Under the pieces are notes generated by a model. The model was not told where the DNA came from. It searched no databases and saw only the letters and a program-made list of their open reading frames with translations. Both the position numbers and the translations under genes were made by a program. A stretch of 64,000 bases of DNA from Candidatus Aminicenantes bacterium. GTDB taxonomy: Bacteria; Acidobacteriota; Aminicenantia; Aminicenantales; JAFGBC01. The stretch lies in assembly GCA_963702005.1 (NCBI GenBank), contig OY969696.1, positions 160,001 through 224,000 of the forward strand. The letters run 5' to 3'. Position 1 is the first letter of the stretch. Every line of letters begins with the position of its first letter. This document shows positions 17,241-27,717 of this stretch, piece by piece.

Positions 17241-18676
17241 GGGTTCCCGTAAGGACATCGCTAAGTGAATAACCGTAAGGACATCGATAAGCGATTTGCT
17301 CATCGCTTAAACTCTTTCCCATTCCAGTGGGAAGGAGATCTTTGCGGTGAGCATCAAGAGCGAATATGAGACTCGGAAGAAAGCCATTGAAAATTACTAT
17401 GATGGGATTGGGTTTAACGAAATCCTCCGCACCGTCCATCGGAGCGGCTTTTGGCTCTCCAAATGGCTCAATCGCCATCGAAAATTCGGGCTTGATGGGC
17501 TTCGCGACCAAAGTCGGGTACCGAGACATATCCCCCATCAAACGCGGGAGCCCTTGGTCCGGAAAATCCTGGTCCTGCGCGACGAACTGGCGGCCCACAA
17601 GACCCGTCGCGCCGTTTTTGCCGGCATCGGCGCCGAAACGATCCATTTCGAGCTTCAGCGACGGGGCGTCCGCCAGCTTCCCGCCATCTCGACCATCGAG
17701 AAGATCCTGGCCCGCGCCGGACGAACGAAAAAGGCCAAGGCCAAACGCTCCTCCAACGGGCCTCCCTATCCCTACGTCCCGGCCCGTAAGATGGGCGACC
17801 TTCAGCAAACCGACCTGGTCGGGCCCCGTCATCTCCGCGGTCCTGCGGGAGTCACCCGCTTCTACTCCATCCACACCATCGACGCCGCCGGACAGACCAC
17901 TGCGGCCAGCCAGGTCCGCGACAAGAGAACGATCTCGCTCTGCCGTCATCTGGTTGATTCCTGGCAAGTTATGGGGCTTCCCCGAATCTCCCAGATGGAC
18001 AACGAGATGGCCGCGACGGGAGGGGGACGGTATCGCTACAGTCTCTCTCAGCTCATCCGGCTCCATCTTTTGTTGGGCATCCAGCTTCGCTTCATTCCCC
18101 CGAAAGAACCCGGCCGCAACGCCGCTATCGAAAGCTTCAATGCGGTCTGGCAGGCGCGGGTGCTCCGTCATCCCTGTCCGGATCTTCGGTCCTTGCGCCG
18201 CACGAGCGAACGATTCCTCCGCTACTACCACTTCGAGAAGCCGAATCGAAGCCTCCGGGCAACCGATCACGGCACCCGCTTTCCCGGCCAACTCCGCGAC
18301 CGGCTCTGGTCCGCACTTCGTCATCTCCCATCCGCCTTCAATCTCGATCAGCATCTCGATTCCCGGGGACACCTCGATCTGCCGATCGCCAAGGGCTGCG
18401 TCTCGTTCGTCCGCAAGGTGGATGCCCACGGTTGCATCGAATTCAACGGCGCCGCGTATTTCATCCTCCGTAGACTGGAACGACAGTACGTCGTGGCCAC
18501 ACTCTCGACGTACCATCGCAGAGTCTTCGTCAAGTACGAGGGGAAGGTTATCAAGACGTTTCCTTTTCCGTTCGTCGGTAAAGTCGTCGATCCGATCGCT
18601 TGAAGGCCGATCAGTTATCGATGTCCTTACGGTTTCACTCATTAAGAAACGCTTATCGATGTCCTTACGGCTGCCA
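17241..18676 (+). mobile_element. IS481-family insertion sequence
   Basis: CCGTAAGGACATCG occurs twice at the left end and twice inverted at the right end; flanking 6-mers GTTAGG / GCTAGG are a probable TSD with one mismatch. Confidence 0.8.
17347..18603 (+). CDS. DDE transposase (HTH + rve integrase core)
   Basis: KWLNRHRKFGLDGLRDQSRVP, QTD, QMDN, RNAAIESFNAVWQ. Confidence 0.9.
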   Translation: MSIKSEYETRKKAIENYYDGIGFNEILRTVHRSGFWLSKWLNRHRKFGLDGLRDQSRVPRHIPHQTREPLVRKILVLRDELAAHKTRRAVFAGIGAETIHFELQRRGVRQLPAISTIEKILARAGRTKKAKAKRSSNGPPYPYVPARKMGDLQQTDLVGPRHLRGPAGVTRFYSIHTIDAAGQTTAASQVRDKRTISLCRHLVDSWQVMGLPRISQMDNEMAATGGGRYRYSLSQLIRLHLLLGIQLRFIPPKEPGRNAAIESFNAVWQARVLRHPCPDLRSLRRTSERFLRYYHFEKPNRSLRATDHGTRFPGQLRDRLWSALRHLPSAFNLDQHLDSRGHLDLPIAKGCVSFVRKVDAHGCIEFNGAAYFILRRLERQYVVATLSTYHRRVFVKYEGKVIKTFPFPFVGKVVDPIA

Positions 18677-18826
18677 GCTAGGCAATATTATTTTGTTCGG
18701 CTTGGATAATAAAGTTGCGTTGCGCTTCCTTCCAAGAGTAGAAGGCAGAATGATTGACGCTCAATCGCCAACCAAATGATTTAGCTGCAACTTGGTCAGT
18801 TTCTAGAATCCTTCTTTTTGCTCACA

Positions 18827-18985
18827 GTGGCCACGATTGTGGCTACTCTGACGTTCTGCCGGTCAACAACCTTCTTGAGATTCTCGTCCAAAAAGGTGTG
18901 AGCAGAAATGCCTGGTGATGAGTCCGGCAAGCTCTTCGCTGACGGGACTCATGCGCTCACCCGTTTTGGGCTTCCAATCAATCTA
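18827..18985 (-). pseudogene. Possible decayed tyrosine-integrase relic with arm-like repeats
   Basis: Fragments IDWKPKTGERMSPVSEEL and AHTFLDENLKKVVD; repeats GTGGCCAC (18827) / GTGGCTAC (18839). Confidence 0.35.
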
Positions 18986-19197
18986 TTCCCTTATAGAAAT
19001 CCTCCGAATTCGCAAACTGCGTGAGATTGAACCCAGATCCTAGGATTCCCTAGCGGGTCTTGAATTACTTGAAAATTAGGCTTTTAATAATAGATCATGC
19101 AGGCGGATATTCTTGGGCGCTTCCGCCTTGGAGTAAGCAACGGAAAGGCAATCAAGAAGCAACGCTATCGCTGATAATAAACAAAGGAGCATGCAGA

Positions 19198-20826
19198 ATG
19201 AGAATCAGCAGGAATGTGAGTCGGATTTTGATGATGACGTTATTGTTATTTTCTGTGTTCCGGTTGTGCTTTCCGTGCACTTCCATAATCGTGACTAAGG
19301 GCGCGTCCGCCGACGGATCGGTGATCATCAGCTATTCCTGCGACGGAGAATTCCTTCCCCGGTTGCGGCTCTTGCCGGCCGCGGATCACGGCCCGGGGGA
19401 AAAAATTGAAATCAGGGGATTCGAAGGCAAGAAGGGCGAGATTCCCCAGGTTGCCCACACTTATCGAGTGCTCGACCTCATGAATGAATTCCAACTGGCC
19501 ATCGGGGAGACGACCTTTGACGGCCGCCTCGACCTCGTCAACCCGGACGGCCTGCTTCCTTATTGGGAACTAATGGTCATTACTCTGCAGCGGGCCAAGA
19601 CGGCCCGCGAGGCCATCAAGGTCATGACCGACCTCGTCGACGAATATGGCTACGCCAGCAGCGGGGAATCCTTTTCCATCGGCGATAAGGAGGAAGCCTG
19701 GATACTGGAGATGATCGGAACGGGGAAGGGGGGACACGGGGCCGTCTGGGTGGCGCAGAGAATCCCGGACGGCATGATCTGTGCTCACGCCAACATGTCC
19801 CGCATCGGCGAATTTCCGCTGAACGACCCTGAAAATTGCCTTTATTCGAAAAACGTCATCTCGTTGGCCGTAGACAAAGGCTTTTACAACCCGAAGATCG
19901 GGCCCTTTAATTTTTCCCTGGCCTACAATCCTCCCAGCGAGGACCAGGTCAGATACTCCGCCCGGCGGGTCTGGAGTATTTTCCGTCGGGCGGCGCCGTC
20001 GTCGAATCTTTCCCCCGACTTCAGCTCCTCGGTCAAGAACGCCAAGCCCTATCCGCTCTGGATTAAGCCGGACAACAAGCTTTCCGTTCGGGATGTCATG
20101 GCCCTCCATCGGGATCATTATGAGGGAACCGCCTTTGACATGACCAAGGATCTCAGCGCCGGGCCTTTTGGCGCGCCGGACCGCTGGCGGCCGATCAACT
20201 GGGAGATCGAGGGGAAGTCCTATGCCTGGGAGCGCCCGATTTCCACCCAGCAGGTCGGGTTCATTTTCGTCTCTCAGTCAAGGTCCGCCGTCCCGGATTC
20301 CGTGGGCGGGGTCTTCTGGTATGGAATGGACAACCCTTATACCAATTTCTTTATTCCGCTCTACACGACCATCACCGAGTTGCCCGAGGCCTACACCAAG
20401 GGTTCCATCCAATCCTTCAGCCGGGATTCCGCCTGGTGGACGTTTAATTTTGTCGCAAATTACGCCAACTTGCGATACAGCGACATGATTGTGGATATTC
20501 AGAAAGCCCAGAAGGAAATCGAGAATTTGGAATTCAACCTTCAACCGGCCATCGAACAAAGTGCGCTGAACCTGCTGAGCTCCAATCCGCAGATGATTCC
20601 AGGTTTCCTGACGCGCTACTGCGTTTCCAACGCCCAGATGAACCTGGATCGATGGTGGAAGCTGGCCGAGTTTCTTATAACCAAGTATAACGACGGCTAT
20701 GTTCAAGATGAGAAAGGGCATCCCCGGGAGGTCGGCTATCCCGAAAAATGGCTGAGAGAGGAACTGAAGAAGAATCCCGAAAAATTCATTCTCAAAGAGA
20801 AGCGACGCGGGCAAAAAGAGCTCTGA
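19198..20826 (+). CDS. Peptidase C69 (dipeptidase, Ntn-hydrolase)
   Basis: Signal peptide followed by CTSIIVTKGASADGS; MNEFQLAIGETTF; HANMSRI. Confidence 0.93.
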   Translation: MRISRNVSRILMMTLLLFSVFRLCFPCTSIIVTKGASADGSVIISYSCDGEFLPRLRLLPAADHGPGEKIEIRGFEGKKGEIPQVAHTYRVLDLMNEFQLAIGETTFDGRLDLVNPDGLLPYWELMVITLQRAKTAREAIKVMTDLVDEYGYASSGESFSIGDKEEAWILEMIGTGKGGHGAVWVAQRIPDGMICAHANMSRIGEFPLNDPENCLYSKNVISLAVDKGFYNPKIGPFNFSLAYNPPSEDQVRYSARRVWSIFRRAAPSSNLSPDFSSSVKNAKPYPLWIKPDNKLSVRDVMALHRDHYEGTAFDMTKDLSAGPFGAPDRWRPINWEIEGKSYAWERPISTQQVGFIFVSQSRSAVPDSVGGVFWYGMDNPYTNFFIPLYTTITELPEAYTKGSIQSFSRDSAWWTFNFVANYANLRYSDMIVDIQKAQKEIENLEFNLQPAIEQSALNLLSSNPQMIPGFLTRYCVSNAQMNLDRWWKLAEFLITKYNDGYVQDEKGHPREVGYPEKWLREELKKNPEKFILKEKRRGQKEL

Positions 20827-20914
20827 TAGCCCGCCCGGCGTATTTCTTGAAAAGGCCTTAGATCAGGGCGTTAGTCCGGTGGCCTTCCCGGGTTTTCTGG
20901 CCGATGAATAGGCA

Positions 20915-22003
20915 TTGGAGATGAAAATGAGATTGAAAAAGATCTTGCTTGTTCTGTGGCCCGTACTATCAGTCCTTATCCCCTTGCGACAGGGACTCGC
21001 CCAAACGACCGTCAACCCCGACATCAGCTTTATCGGCGATATGAGGCTCACCGGACTTCATGATGCCGCTCCCGCCGTGGGCAAGAATAAGATGCTTTTT
21101 GATTTTCACGAGCTGGAGATCACCGCCGGAAGTCATCTGAACCCCTACGCTCGCGCTGATGTGACCTTGGGGATTACTCAAAGCGGGATCGACATTGAAG
21201 AGGCCTATGCCACGCTTCTCCGCGGACTTCCTTTGAATCTGCAGATCAAGGCCGGCCAATACCGGGTGGATTTCGGGAAACTCAATACTCAACATACACA
21301 TCAATGGCCTTGGGTTGAAAGGCCTTTGATGTTTAAGCGCTTCTTCGGCGAAGAGGGACTGGATGCCGCCGGGGTGAACATCTCGAGCCTAGTTAGTCTC
21401 GGAAGCAGCGCCCTCACGCTTTCCGGAAATGTTTTCAGCGGCGGTTCTTATTGGGGAGATTCCAAGGGCCGAACCCTCGATAATCTGGCCGAGAGCGCCA
21501 GGATCTCGGTTTTCGCGCCTTTGATGAATCACGCCAATCTCGAAATAGGCATTTCCGGACTCACGACGCGGGAAGGCGCCGCGCCGGGCGGCCGGACGAC
21601 GATGGGGGATTTCGATTTAAAGTATAAATGGCGGCCGGACATGTACCATTCAATCGTTTTCATAGCTGAAGCTTTGATCGGTTCCCGGCTTGCGGCCGGG
21701 GACAACGCAGCCCTCGAGGAGCCGGCGCGGATCACGGCCACCGGGTTCTTTGCCGCCCTCGACGTTCAATTCCGACGGCAGTATAATGCGGGAGCCTTTA
21801 TTGATTATTGTCAAGATCCGACGCCGGAGAAGGGCCATCAGACCGGTTTCGGCGTTTTTGCCGGCTTCTCTCTCGTTGAAGAAACCTACCGCATCGGCCT
21901 TCTCTTGAGACAGGACCAGGGCCCGGCGTTCCCCAGGCCTTATCAGACGGTCTGCCTTCAGCTTTTGTGGTCTTTGGGGCCCCACCAACCACACCAATTT
22001 TAG
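20915..22003 (+). CDS. Putative outer-membrane beta-barrel associated with metal uptake
   Basis: Signal peptide, NPDISFIGD, FGKLNTQHTHQW, C-terminal LGPHQPHQF; upstream of an SBP gene. Confidence 0.75.
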   Translation: MEMKMRLKKILLVLWPVLSVLIPLRQGLAQTTVNPDISFIGDMRLTGLHDAAPAVGKNKMLFDFHELEITAGSHLNPYARADVTLGITQSGIDIEEAYATLLRGLPLNLQIKAGQYRVDFGKLNTQHTHQWPWVERPLMFKRFFGEEGLDAAGVNISSLVSLGSSALTLSGNVFSGGSYWGDSKGRTLDNLAESARISVFAPLMNHANLEIGISGLTTREGAAPGGRTTMGDFDLKYKWRPDMYHSIVFIAEALIGSRLAAGDNAALEEPARITATGFFAALDVQFRRQYNAGAFIDYCQDPTPEKGHQTGFGVFAGFSLVEETYRIGLLLRQDQGPAFPRPYQTVCLQLLWSLGPHQPHQF

Positions 22004-22015
22004 GGAGATGGGATC

Positions 22016-22912
22016 ATGAAATATCGATGGGCGATTATTGTTTTCGCAACAGCTATTATGACGATCTACGCCGGTGCTGCGGTTCAGGTCGTGACCTCGA
22101 CGACGGACCTGAAATCAATCGCTGAATATATCGGCGGCCACCAGATCAACGTAAGGTCCATCACCACGGGGAAGGACAATCCTCATTTCGTCGAAGTCCT
22201 CCCCAACTATATGGTGATGGTCTCCAAAGCCTCCCTCTATCTCAAAATTGGTCTGGGGCTTGATTTTTGGGCGGACCCGATCATCGACGGCTCCCGTAAC
22301 GGCCGGCTGGTAGTCGTGGATTGTTCGGAAGGCGTAGAAGTCCTGGAGAAGCCCTCGGGTAAGGTCGATGCCTCGATGGGCGATGTCCATCCTCAGGGGA
22401 ATCCGCATTATTGGCTGGATCCTCGGAATGGCCTGATCATGGCCAGAAATATCGAAACGGCATTGGCTCGGGTAGATCCCGGCAACGCCAAGCTCTATGA
22501 AGCGAACCTCCAGAAGTTTGAGGCGGAGCTCGGAACGAAGATCGAAACCTGGCAAAAAGCGGCGGAGGGCCTCAAGGGGCTGGAAATCGTTACTTTCCAT
22601 AATTCCTGGCCCTATTTTTGCAAGTTTCTCGGTATCAAAGTGGCCGGTTTCATCGAGCCGAAGCCGGGGATCGAGCCGACCGCATCCCATATCGCGGAGC
22701 TGATCGATCTCATGAAATCCCGCGGAATCCGGATCATCGGAAAGGAACCGTATTATTCCGACAGGGCACCGAACATGATCGCCGCCAGCACCGGGGCCAA
22801 AATCGTCGATCTCCCTCCTTCGGTTGAGGGATCGGAGAGAACCGAAACCTATTTTTTACTTTTCGAAACACTGCTTTCTCGTTTGTCCTCGGCGGCAAGG
22901 AGCATTCCATGA
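22016..22912 (+). CDS. Zn/Mn ABC transporter substrate-binding protein (ZnuA/TroA family)
   Basis: DNPHF, GDVHPQGNPHYWLDP, FHNSWPYF, EPKPGIEPT. Confidence 0.93.
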   Translation: MKYRWAIIVFATAIMTIYAGAAVQVVTSTTDLKSIAEYIGGHQINVRSITTGKDNPHFVEVLPNYMVMVSKASLYLKIGLGLDFWADPIIDGSRNGRLVVVDCSEGVEVLEKPSGKVDASMGDVHPQGNPHYWLDPRNGLIMARNIETALARVDPGNAKLYEANLQKFEAELGTKIETWQKAAEGLKGLEIVTFHNSWPYFCKFLGIKVAGFIEPKPGIEPTASHIAELIDLMKSRGIRIIGKEPYYSDRAPNMIAASTGAKIVDLPPSVEGSERTETYFLLFETLLSRLSSAARSIP

Positions 22913-23778
22913 TCCATATGTTCTCCTATCCGTTCGTTCAAATGGCCCTTTTAGCGGCTTTGATCCTCGCGGGGATCCATTCCTATCTGGGATTCCATGT
23001 CGTCAGCCGCGGCGTCATCTTCGTTGATATTTCGATGGCCCAGGCTGCGGCTTTCGGCTCCGTCTTGGGGCTCACCTTGGGATGGGCCCAGCATTCTTGG
23101 CCCACCTATTTCGTGAGCTTGTTCTTTACGCTGGCCGCAGCGGCCCTCATCTCCGTATCGCGTATTCGCGATAACCGAATCCCCCAGGAAGCTTTTATCG
23201 GCATCATATACGCCGGCTTTGCGACGTTAGTCATGTTGCTTTTGGCGAAGCACGCCGGCGGATCGGAAGAGCTCGAAGAAGTTCTGGCCGGATCCCTCTT
23301 GACGATCCAAATCCACGATCTGATATCCACCGCCCTTCTTTACGCCGGGATCGGAGCATTTCATTGGCTTTTGAGAGCACGCTTTTTCCGTATTTCTCAA
23401 GACCGAGCAAGTGTCGTCCAAGACGGCTGGAAGGTCGGTTGGTGGGATTTCCTTTTTTACGCATCGTTTGGGCTCGTTGTGACCTCATCGGTGCACGTAG
23501 CAGGAGTCATGCTTGTCTTCTCATTTTTGATTATTCCGCCCGTCATAGCGCTTCTGTTCACCCGGAAACAGAGCTTGAGGCTCGTGCTCGGTTGGTCGGT
23601 CGCATTTGCGGGAAGCGTCGCCGGGATCATGATCTCTGTCGGAATGAACCTTCCGACCGGCCCATCGATCGTCGCGTCCCTGATCGTCTTCCTGCTGATT
23701 GCCGTGGCGATCAGGCGGTTGATGACTTTGTTGGCGACGTCACGCAAGAAGATCAGCAAATCCGCTGGAGCGAAATAA
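22909..23778 (+). CDS. Zn/Mn ABC-3 transporter permease
   Basis: Multi-TM; HSYLGFHVVSRGVIFVD, GVMLVFSFLIIP, LPTGPSIV. Confidence 0.92.
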   Translation: MIHMFSYPFVQMALLAALILAGIHSYLGFHVVSRGVIFVDISMAQAAAFGSVLGLTLGWAQHSWPTYFVSLFFTLAAAALISVSRIRDNRIPQEAFIGIIYAGFATLVMLLLAKHAGGSEELEEVLAGSLLTIQIHDLISTALLYAGIGAFHWLLRARFFRISQDRASVVQDGWKVGWWDFLFYASFGLVVTSSVHVAGVMLVFSFLIIPPVIALLFTRKQSLRLVLGWSVAFAGSVAGIMISVGMNLPTGPSIVASLIVFLLIAVAIRRLMTLLATSRKKISKSAGAK

Positions 23779-23838
23779 TGTTGCCGCCCTTGGCGACGAA
23801 GTTGCTGGCGAATGTGTGCCTGAGATCGTGAAGCCGGT
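23770..23838 (-). pseudogene. Tyrosine-integrase box II relic
   Basis: Manual translation HRLHDLRHTFASNFVAKGGNIIS (HxLRH motif). Confidence 0.8.
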
Positions 23839-23881
23839 GACCTACAGAGACAGGCTGGTGGACTGATATAGAAAAATATTT

Positions 23882-25934
23882 CTACATGAAAATCCGGAGA
23901 ATCCTCATGAAAATCCCGCCAACCAGGATCGCGAAAAATATTTTGAACACCGTGATGAATCCCGCCTTCTTCCACCCGGTTTCCTTCACCAGCGCCGCTA
24001 TGGTCGCCGCGCACGGGATGTAGAGCATCGTCACGAGCGTGAACACCAGCATCTGGACGGGCGTCATGACGGCGGCAAGGTTGGCCGCACCGAAAAGCGA
24101 GGTCAGCATTATGAGCGTGAGCTCTTTCCTGATTATTCCGAACACGAAGGCTATCCCCGCGACCGCGGGAAGACCGAGCCACAGCACCGTGACCGGATAA
24201 AGCGCGCCCGACACCGGCGCCAGCATCCCCAATGCCTTCATCAGGTTGATCACGACTGCGCTCGCTATTATGATGGGGAAAGCGACGAACACGAAATCCT
24301 TCATCTTGTACCAGGCCTCCCTGACGGTCGTCCTAAACTGCGGCACGCGCATGTCCGGTATCTCCATGATGAGGCCTACCGACTCGCCGGGAAGGACTCT
24401 GAAGGCTATTTTTCCCAGGGCGAATATTATGAGCAGGTCGATGGCGTAAAGCCCGATGGCCCACAACAGGCTCACGTATTTTGCGACGAGCCCGAGCACG
24501 ACGGCGGTTACGGCCGCGCACGGTATCATCGAAGTCACGAAAATGGCCAGCATGCGCTCCCTTTTCGTTTCCATCACCCTGCACCCGAGGCAGGCGGGGA
24601 CGTTGCATCCGAATCCCATGATCATCGGTATGAAGGCCTTGCCGTGCAGGCCTATCTTGTGCATGGCGCTGTCCATGAGGAAGGCCATCCTGGCCAGGTA
24701 TCCCGAATCCTCGAGCAGCCCGAGGATGAGGTAGAACGGGAGTATGTACGGCACGACCACCGTCACCGCGGCGACCATGCCCTCCATGAATCCCGTCAGA
24801 GTGCCGGCAACCACGCCGCTGCCCGCAATGGAACGGACGGCATTGACGAAGTCAAGGAGATATCCTTCCATGAGGCCGGACAGGAAATTGCCGAAGGAAA
24901 AAAGCGAAATGAAAACAAGGACTATGATTCCCGCCATGATTGGATAGCCCCATATCCTGTGAAGCAGCAGGTCCGCGAACCTCGACGATACGGGCCTGTC
25001 GGGGACGGTCGCCTTCTGGACCCTGCGGGTTATGTTGCCGACGGCCGCGTATTTTTCGCAGGCCATCGCGGTCGGGCATGAATGGTCATGGATGGTTTCT
25101 ATATTTCTCGATATCTTCCTTGCCGCGGCCACGGTCTCCTTGTCCATGCTTCCGGCGACTTCGGCGTCCTCCTCGAGGAGCTTTATGGCCTTCCATCTCG
25201 CGGGAAGGCCCTTCAAAGACGCGTTCTTTTTCACCATTTTCTCGATCTTGCCTATGCTATTTTCTATTTCCTTGCCGTAGACGATTTTCACGGGCTTCCT
25301 TTTATTCAGGCAGACCCTAATCGTCTCTTCCACCGCCTCATAGATCCCGGTCCCCCTAACCGCGACGGCGGGAATCACCGGAATGCCGAGCGCCTTCGAG
25401 AAGCTCCTCGTAATCTATAAAGATGCCCTTCTTCTCCGCCATGTCCGTCTGGTTGAGGACGACGACCATGGGAATTTCGAACTCCATCAGCTGGAGCGTG
25501 AGAAAAAGATTTCTTTCAAAAACGGAGGCGTCTACGACGTTTATCAGCACGTCCGGCTTCTCTTTGGCTATGTACTCCCTCGTCACTTCCTCCTCGATGG
25601 AATACGTGGAAATGGAATATATCCCCGGCAGGTCTATGACGTCGATTTCGTAACCCTTGAAATGGAACGTTCCCTCCGCCCTCTCGACGGTCTTGCCGGG
25701 CCAGTTCCCGATGTGCTGGTGAAGCTTGGTGAGGTAGTTGAATATGACGGACTTGCCGACGTTCGCGTTACCGGCCAGGGCGAATCTAAGCTTTTTAGAA
25801 ATCCCGGCCTCGCTTGGCCCGCCGGGACCCCCGGATTTGGCGGAAGCGCTGAATACGCCCGGCTTTTCGCAACCTGCAAAGTAGGAAGCCATCCGACTTG
25901 CACTGTCAGTCTTTTTCGTCCGAATCTTGGTCAT
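23882..25934 (-). pseudogene. feoB: Ferrous iron transporter FeoB split by a 1-bp frameshift near 25400
   Basis: G-domain ORF 25356-25934 ([20 protein letters not shown]) and membrane ORF 23882-25378 (LEDSGYLAR, GFGCNVPA). Removing one base restores [17 protein letters not shown]. Confidence 0.9.
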
Positions 25935-26593
25935 CCGTCCACCTTGAGGTATATCTTTTGTGCCATGCCCCTTCCTATCGCCAGAGAAGAACCCCTCACC
26001 CGTATCTCCACGGGTCCCCCGAGCGGCGCGGTCCTGGACACGCTGATTTCCGCCCCCGGCGTGAGGCCCATGTCCTCGAGCCTCCTTTTTGCCTGCTGGC
26101 CGGAATCAATCGAAACGACCGCGCCCTGCTGGCCGGGCTTCATGTCCGCCAGCGAGACCATTCCCTTCCTTTTAACGCGCGTCTCGCCGATTTCCTTCTT
26201 GATGGCATTCTCGAGGTCCTTCGATACCGTATGCTCCAGCCTGCACGCTTCGTTGTGGACTTTGTTCTTCGAGATACCGATCGCGATGAGGAATCTTTCC
26301 ATGAGGCGGTGCTTCCTGAGGACGGTCTTGCCGATCGCTTTTCCCTTTGCCGTGAGAGCCGCGCCTCCGTAAGGCTCGTACCTCAGGTACCCTTTATTGT
26401 CGAGCTTCCTGAGCATTTCGGACACGCTCGGCGCGGAAATCCCCAGCTCGCCGGCTATCGCGGTCGTCGTGGGCCTTCTCCCTTTCTCCGTTATCCTGTA
26501 TATAGTCTCGAGATACTCCTCGACGTTCTCTGATTCCGTGGTATACCCGGTCCCAGATTCTCTTGGATTTTTCCCGACTGATTTCGTGCTCAT
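25931..26593 (-). CDS. DtxR/MntR-family metal-dependent repressor with C-terminal FeoA domain
   Basis: [45 protein letters not shown]. Confidence 0.95.
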   Translation of the reverse strand: MSTKSVGKNPRESGTGYTTESENVEEYLETIYRITEKGRRPTTTAIAGELGISAPSVSEMLRKLDNKGYLRYEPYGGAALTAKGKAIGKTVLRKHRLMERFLIAIGISKNKVHNEACRLEHTVSKDLENAIKKEIGETRVKRKGMVSLADMKPGQQGAVVSIDSGQQAKRRLEDMGLTPGAEISVSRTAPLGGPVEIRVRGSSLAIGRGMAQKIYLKVDG

Positions 26594-26603
26594 ACGATCT
26601 TAT

Positions 26604-26617
26604 TTAGGCATGCCTAA
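26604..26617. promoter_or_regulatory. DtxR-family operator palindrome TTAGGCATGCCTAA
   Basis: Perfect 14-bp palindrome 10 bp upstream of the regulator start; resembles TTAGG-N-CCTAA DtxR/SirR boxes. Confidence 0.8.
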
Positions 26618-26664
26618 GTATTTAAGTTAAGAAGATATATTATAATTGAGGTTGTGTCAACCTT

Positions 26665-26768
26665 TCGACTCCCCGGCACGAATGCCGGGGCTTGTTCAGG
26701 GTTAACCCTGAGCCTCGCCTCTCGTCCCCGCCTTGAAAGGCGGGGCTTGGCGTCGGCGAGCGGGTCAA
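26665..26768 (+). mobile_element. IS200/IS605-derived MITE (PATE-like), copy 1
   Basis: Two hairpins CCCCGGC..GCCGGGG and CCCCGCC-TTGAAA-GGCGGGG; ends in TCAA; near-identical to 33315-33417. Confidence 0.8.
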
Positions 26769-26790
26769 TGACCTGCCCTTGAAGTTGATC

Positions 26791-27120
26791 GCTAAAAGGG
26801 CCGCGAGCGTCGTCCTGACCCAAGCCGGGCTGACGAACATCATGGCCTTGGTCGAGCAGGGGGCGAATTATCCGCCAGCGCATTCTGACCTGGATCATCA
26901 ATAAGATCAGCCGGACGATCCTGAAGGCGGCTTTCGTGGCCATCGCCTTCGTGGCGACCGGCAAGTTCGTCGTCTCCGCCTTTGCGATGCTGCTGCTCGT
27001 CTTCATGACGGACTTCGCGAAGATCTCCCTGGCCACCGACCACGTTCGACCGTCCGGAAAACCGAAGACGAGGAACATCGGGGGTTACATCACCGTGTCC
27101 GTGGCGCTGGGCGTTGCGAT
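26791..27120 (+). pseudogene. Internal fragment of a P-type H+-ATPase, frameshifted
   Basis: AKRAASVVLTQAGLTNIMALVEQG / RIIRQRILTWIINKISRTI..LLVFMTDFAKISLATDHVRPS. Confidence 0.75.
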
Positions 27121-27381
27121 CGAAGGGAGGCTTGTTGAATCACATTAAATGTAACCCAAACTCTGGTCCCGCGAGCTGCTCCCCTCGCGGGCGTTCTTCC
27201 TCCAATGCATCGCCCCACTGTTTATTCACAAGTCCATCCATCTTCTCGCGCCAAGTCATCGCGACATTCACGAGCGGACGGATTCAAACCGACATCGAGC
27301 CTGAGCTCCGAGAGATTTCGAGACCCTCCCTTCTCGAAAAATAGCCTCTATCTCCTTTTGGGGACACAAAGAATTTTATGG

Positions 27382-27411
27382 TTGACATTGTTATGAGCAT
27401 ATGCTTATAAT
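27382..27411 (+). promoter_or_regulatory. Consensus sigma70 promoter with an overlapping palindromic operator
   Basis: TTGACA-18bp-TATAAT; near-perfect palindrome TTATGAGCATATGCTTATAA (27391-27410). Confidence 0.8.
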
Positions 27412-27417
27412 GTCATC

Positions 27418-27717
27418 GTGGCCAGGCCGAAAAAGTGCAGATGTATTAATTGCACCCCCAATGCTTTTTATTTTAAGCCGAGGGGGATTCCCATGTTCCG
27501 ACTTGAGGAGATATCCCTGAGCCTCGATGAACTCGAGGCGATAAGGCTCGCCGACTACGAAGGGCGTTACCACGAAGAAGCCGCGACCGGGATGAAGGTG
27601 TCGCGCGCAACCTTCGGAAGGATATTGAACAAGGCCCGCAACAAGGTCGCTGAAGCGATCATCTTTGGTAAAGCCTTACGCATAGAGACAAACCCAGACC
27701 AAGGAGGCAACAGATGA
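27418..27717 (+). CDS. DUF134 DNA-binding protein
   Basis: MARPKKCR, FKPRGIP, ELEAIRLADYEG, MKVSRATFGRIL. Confidence 0.93.
   Translation: MARPKKCRCINCTPNAFYFKPRGIPMFRLEEISLSLDELEAIRLADYEGRYHEEAATGMKVSRATFGRILNKARNKVAEAIIFGKALRIETNPDQGGNR

Noticed and set aside
17236-18709. 468-aa minus-strand and 447-aa alternative-frame ORFs over the IS
   Set aside because: Shadows of the DDE transposase frame with no recognisable motifs
25395-25410. Programmed frameshift in feoB
   Set aside because: No slippery heptamer or homopolymer at the site; a simple indel is more likely
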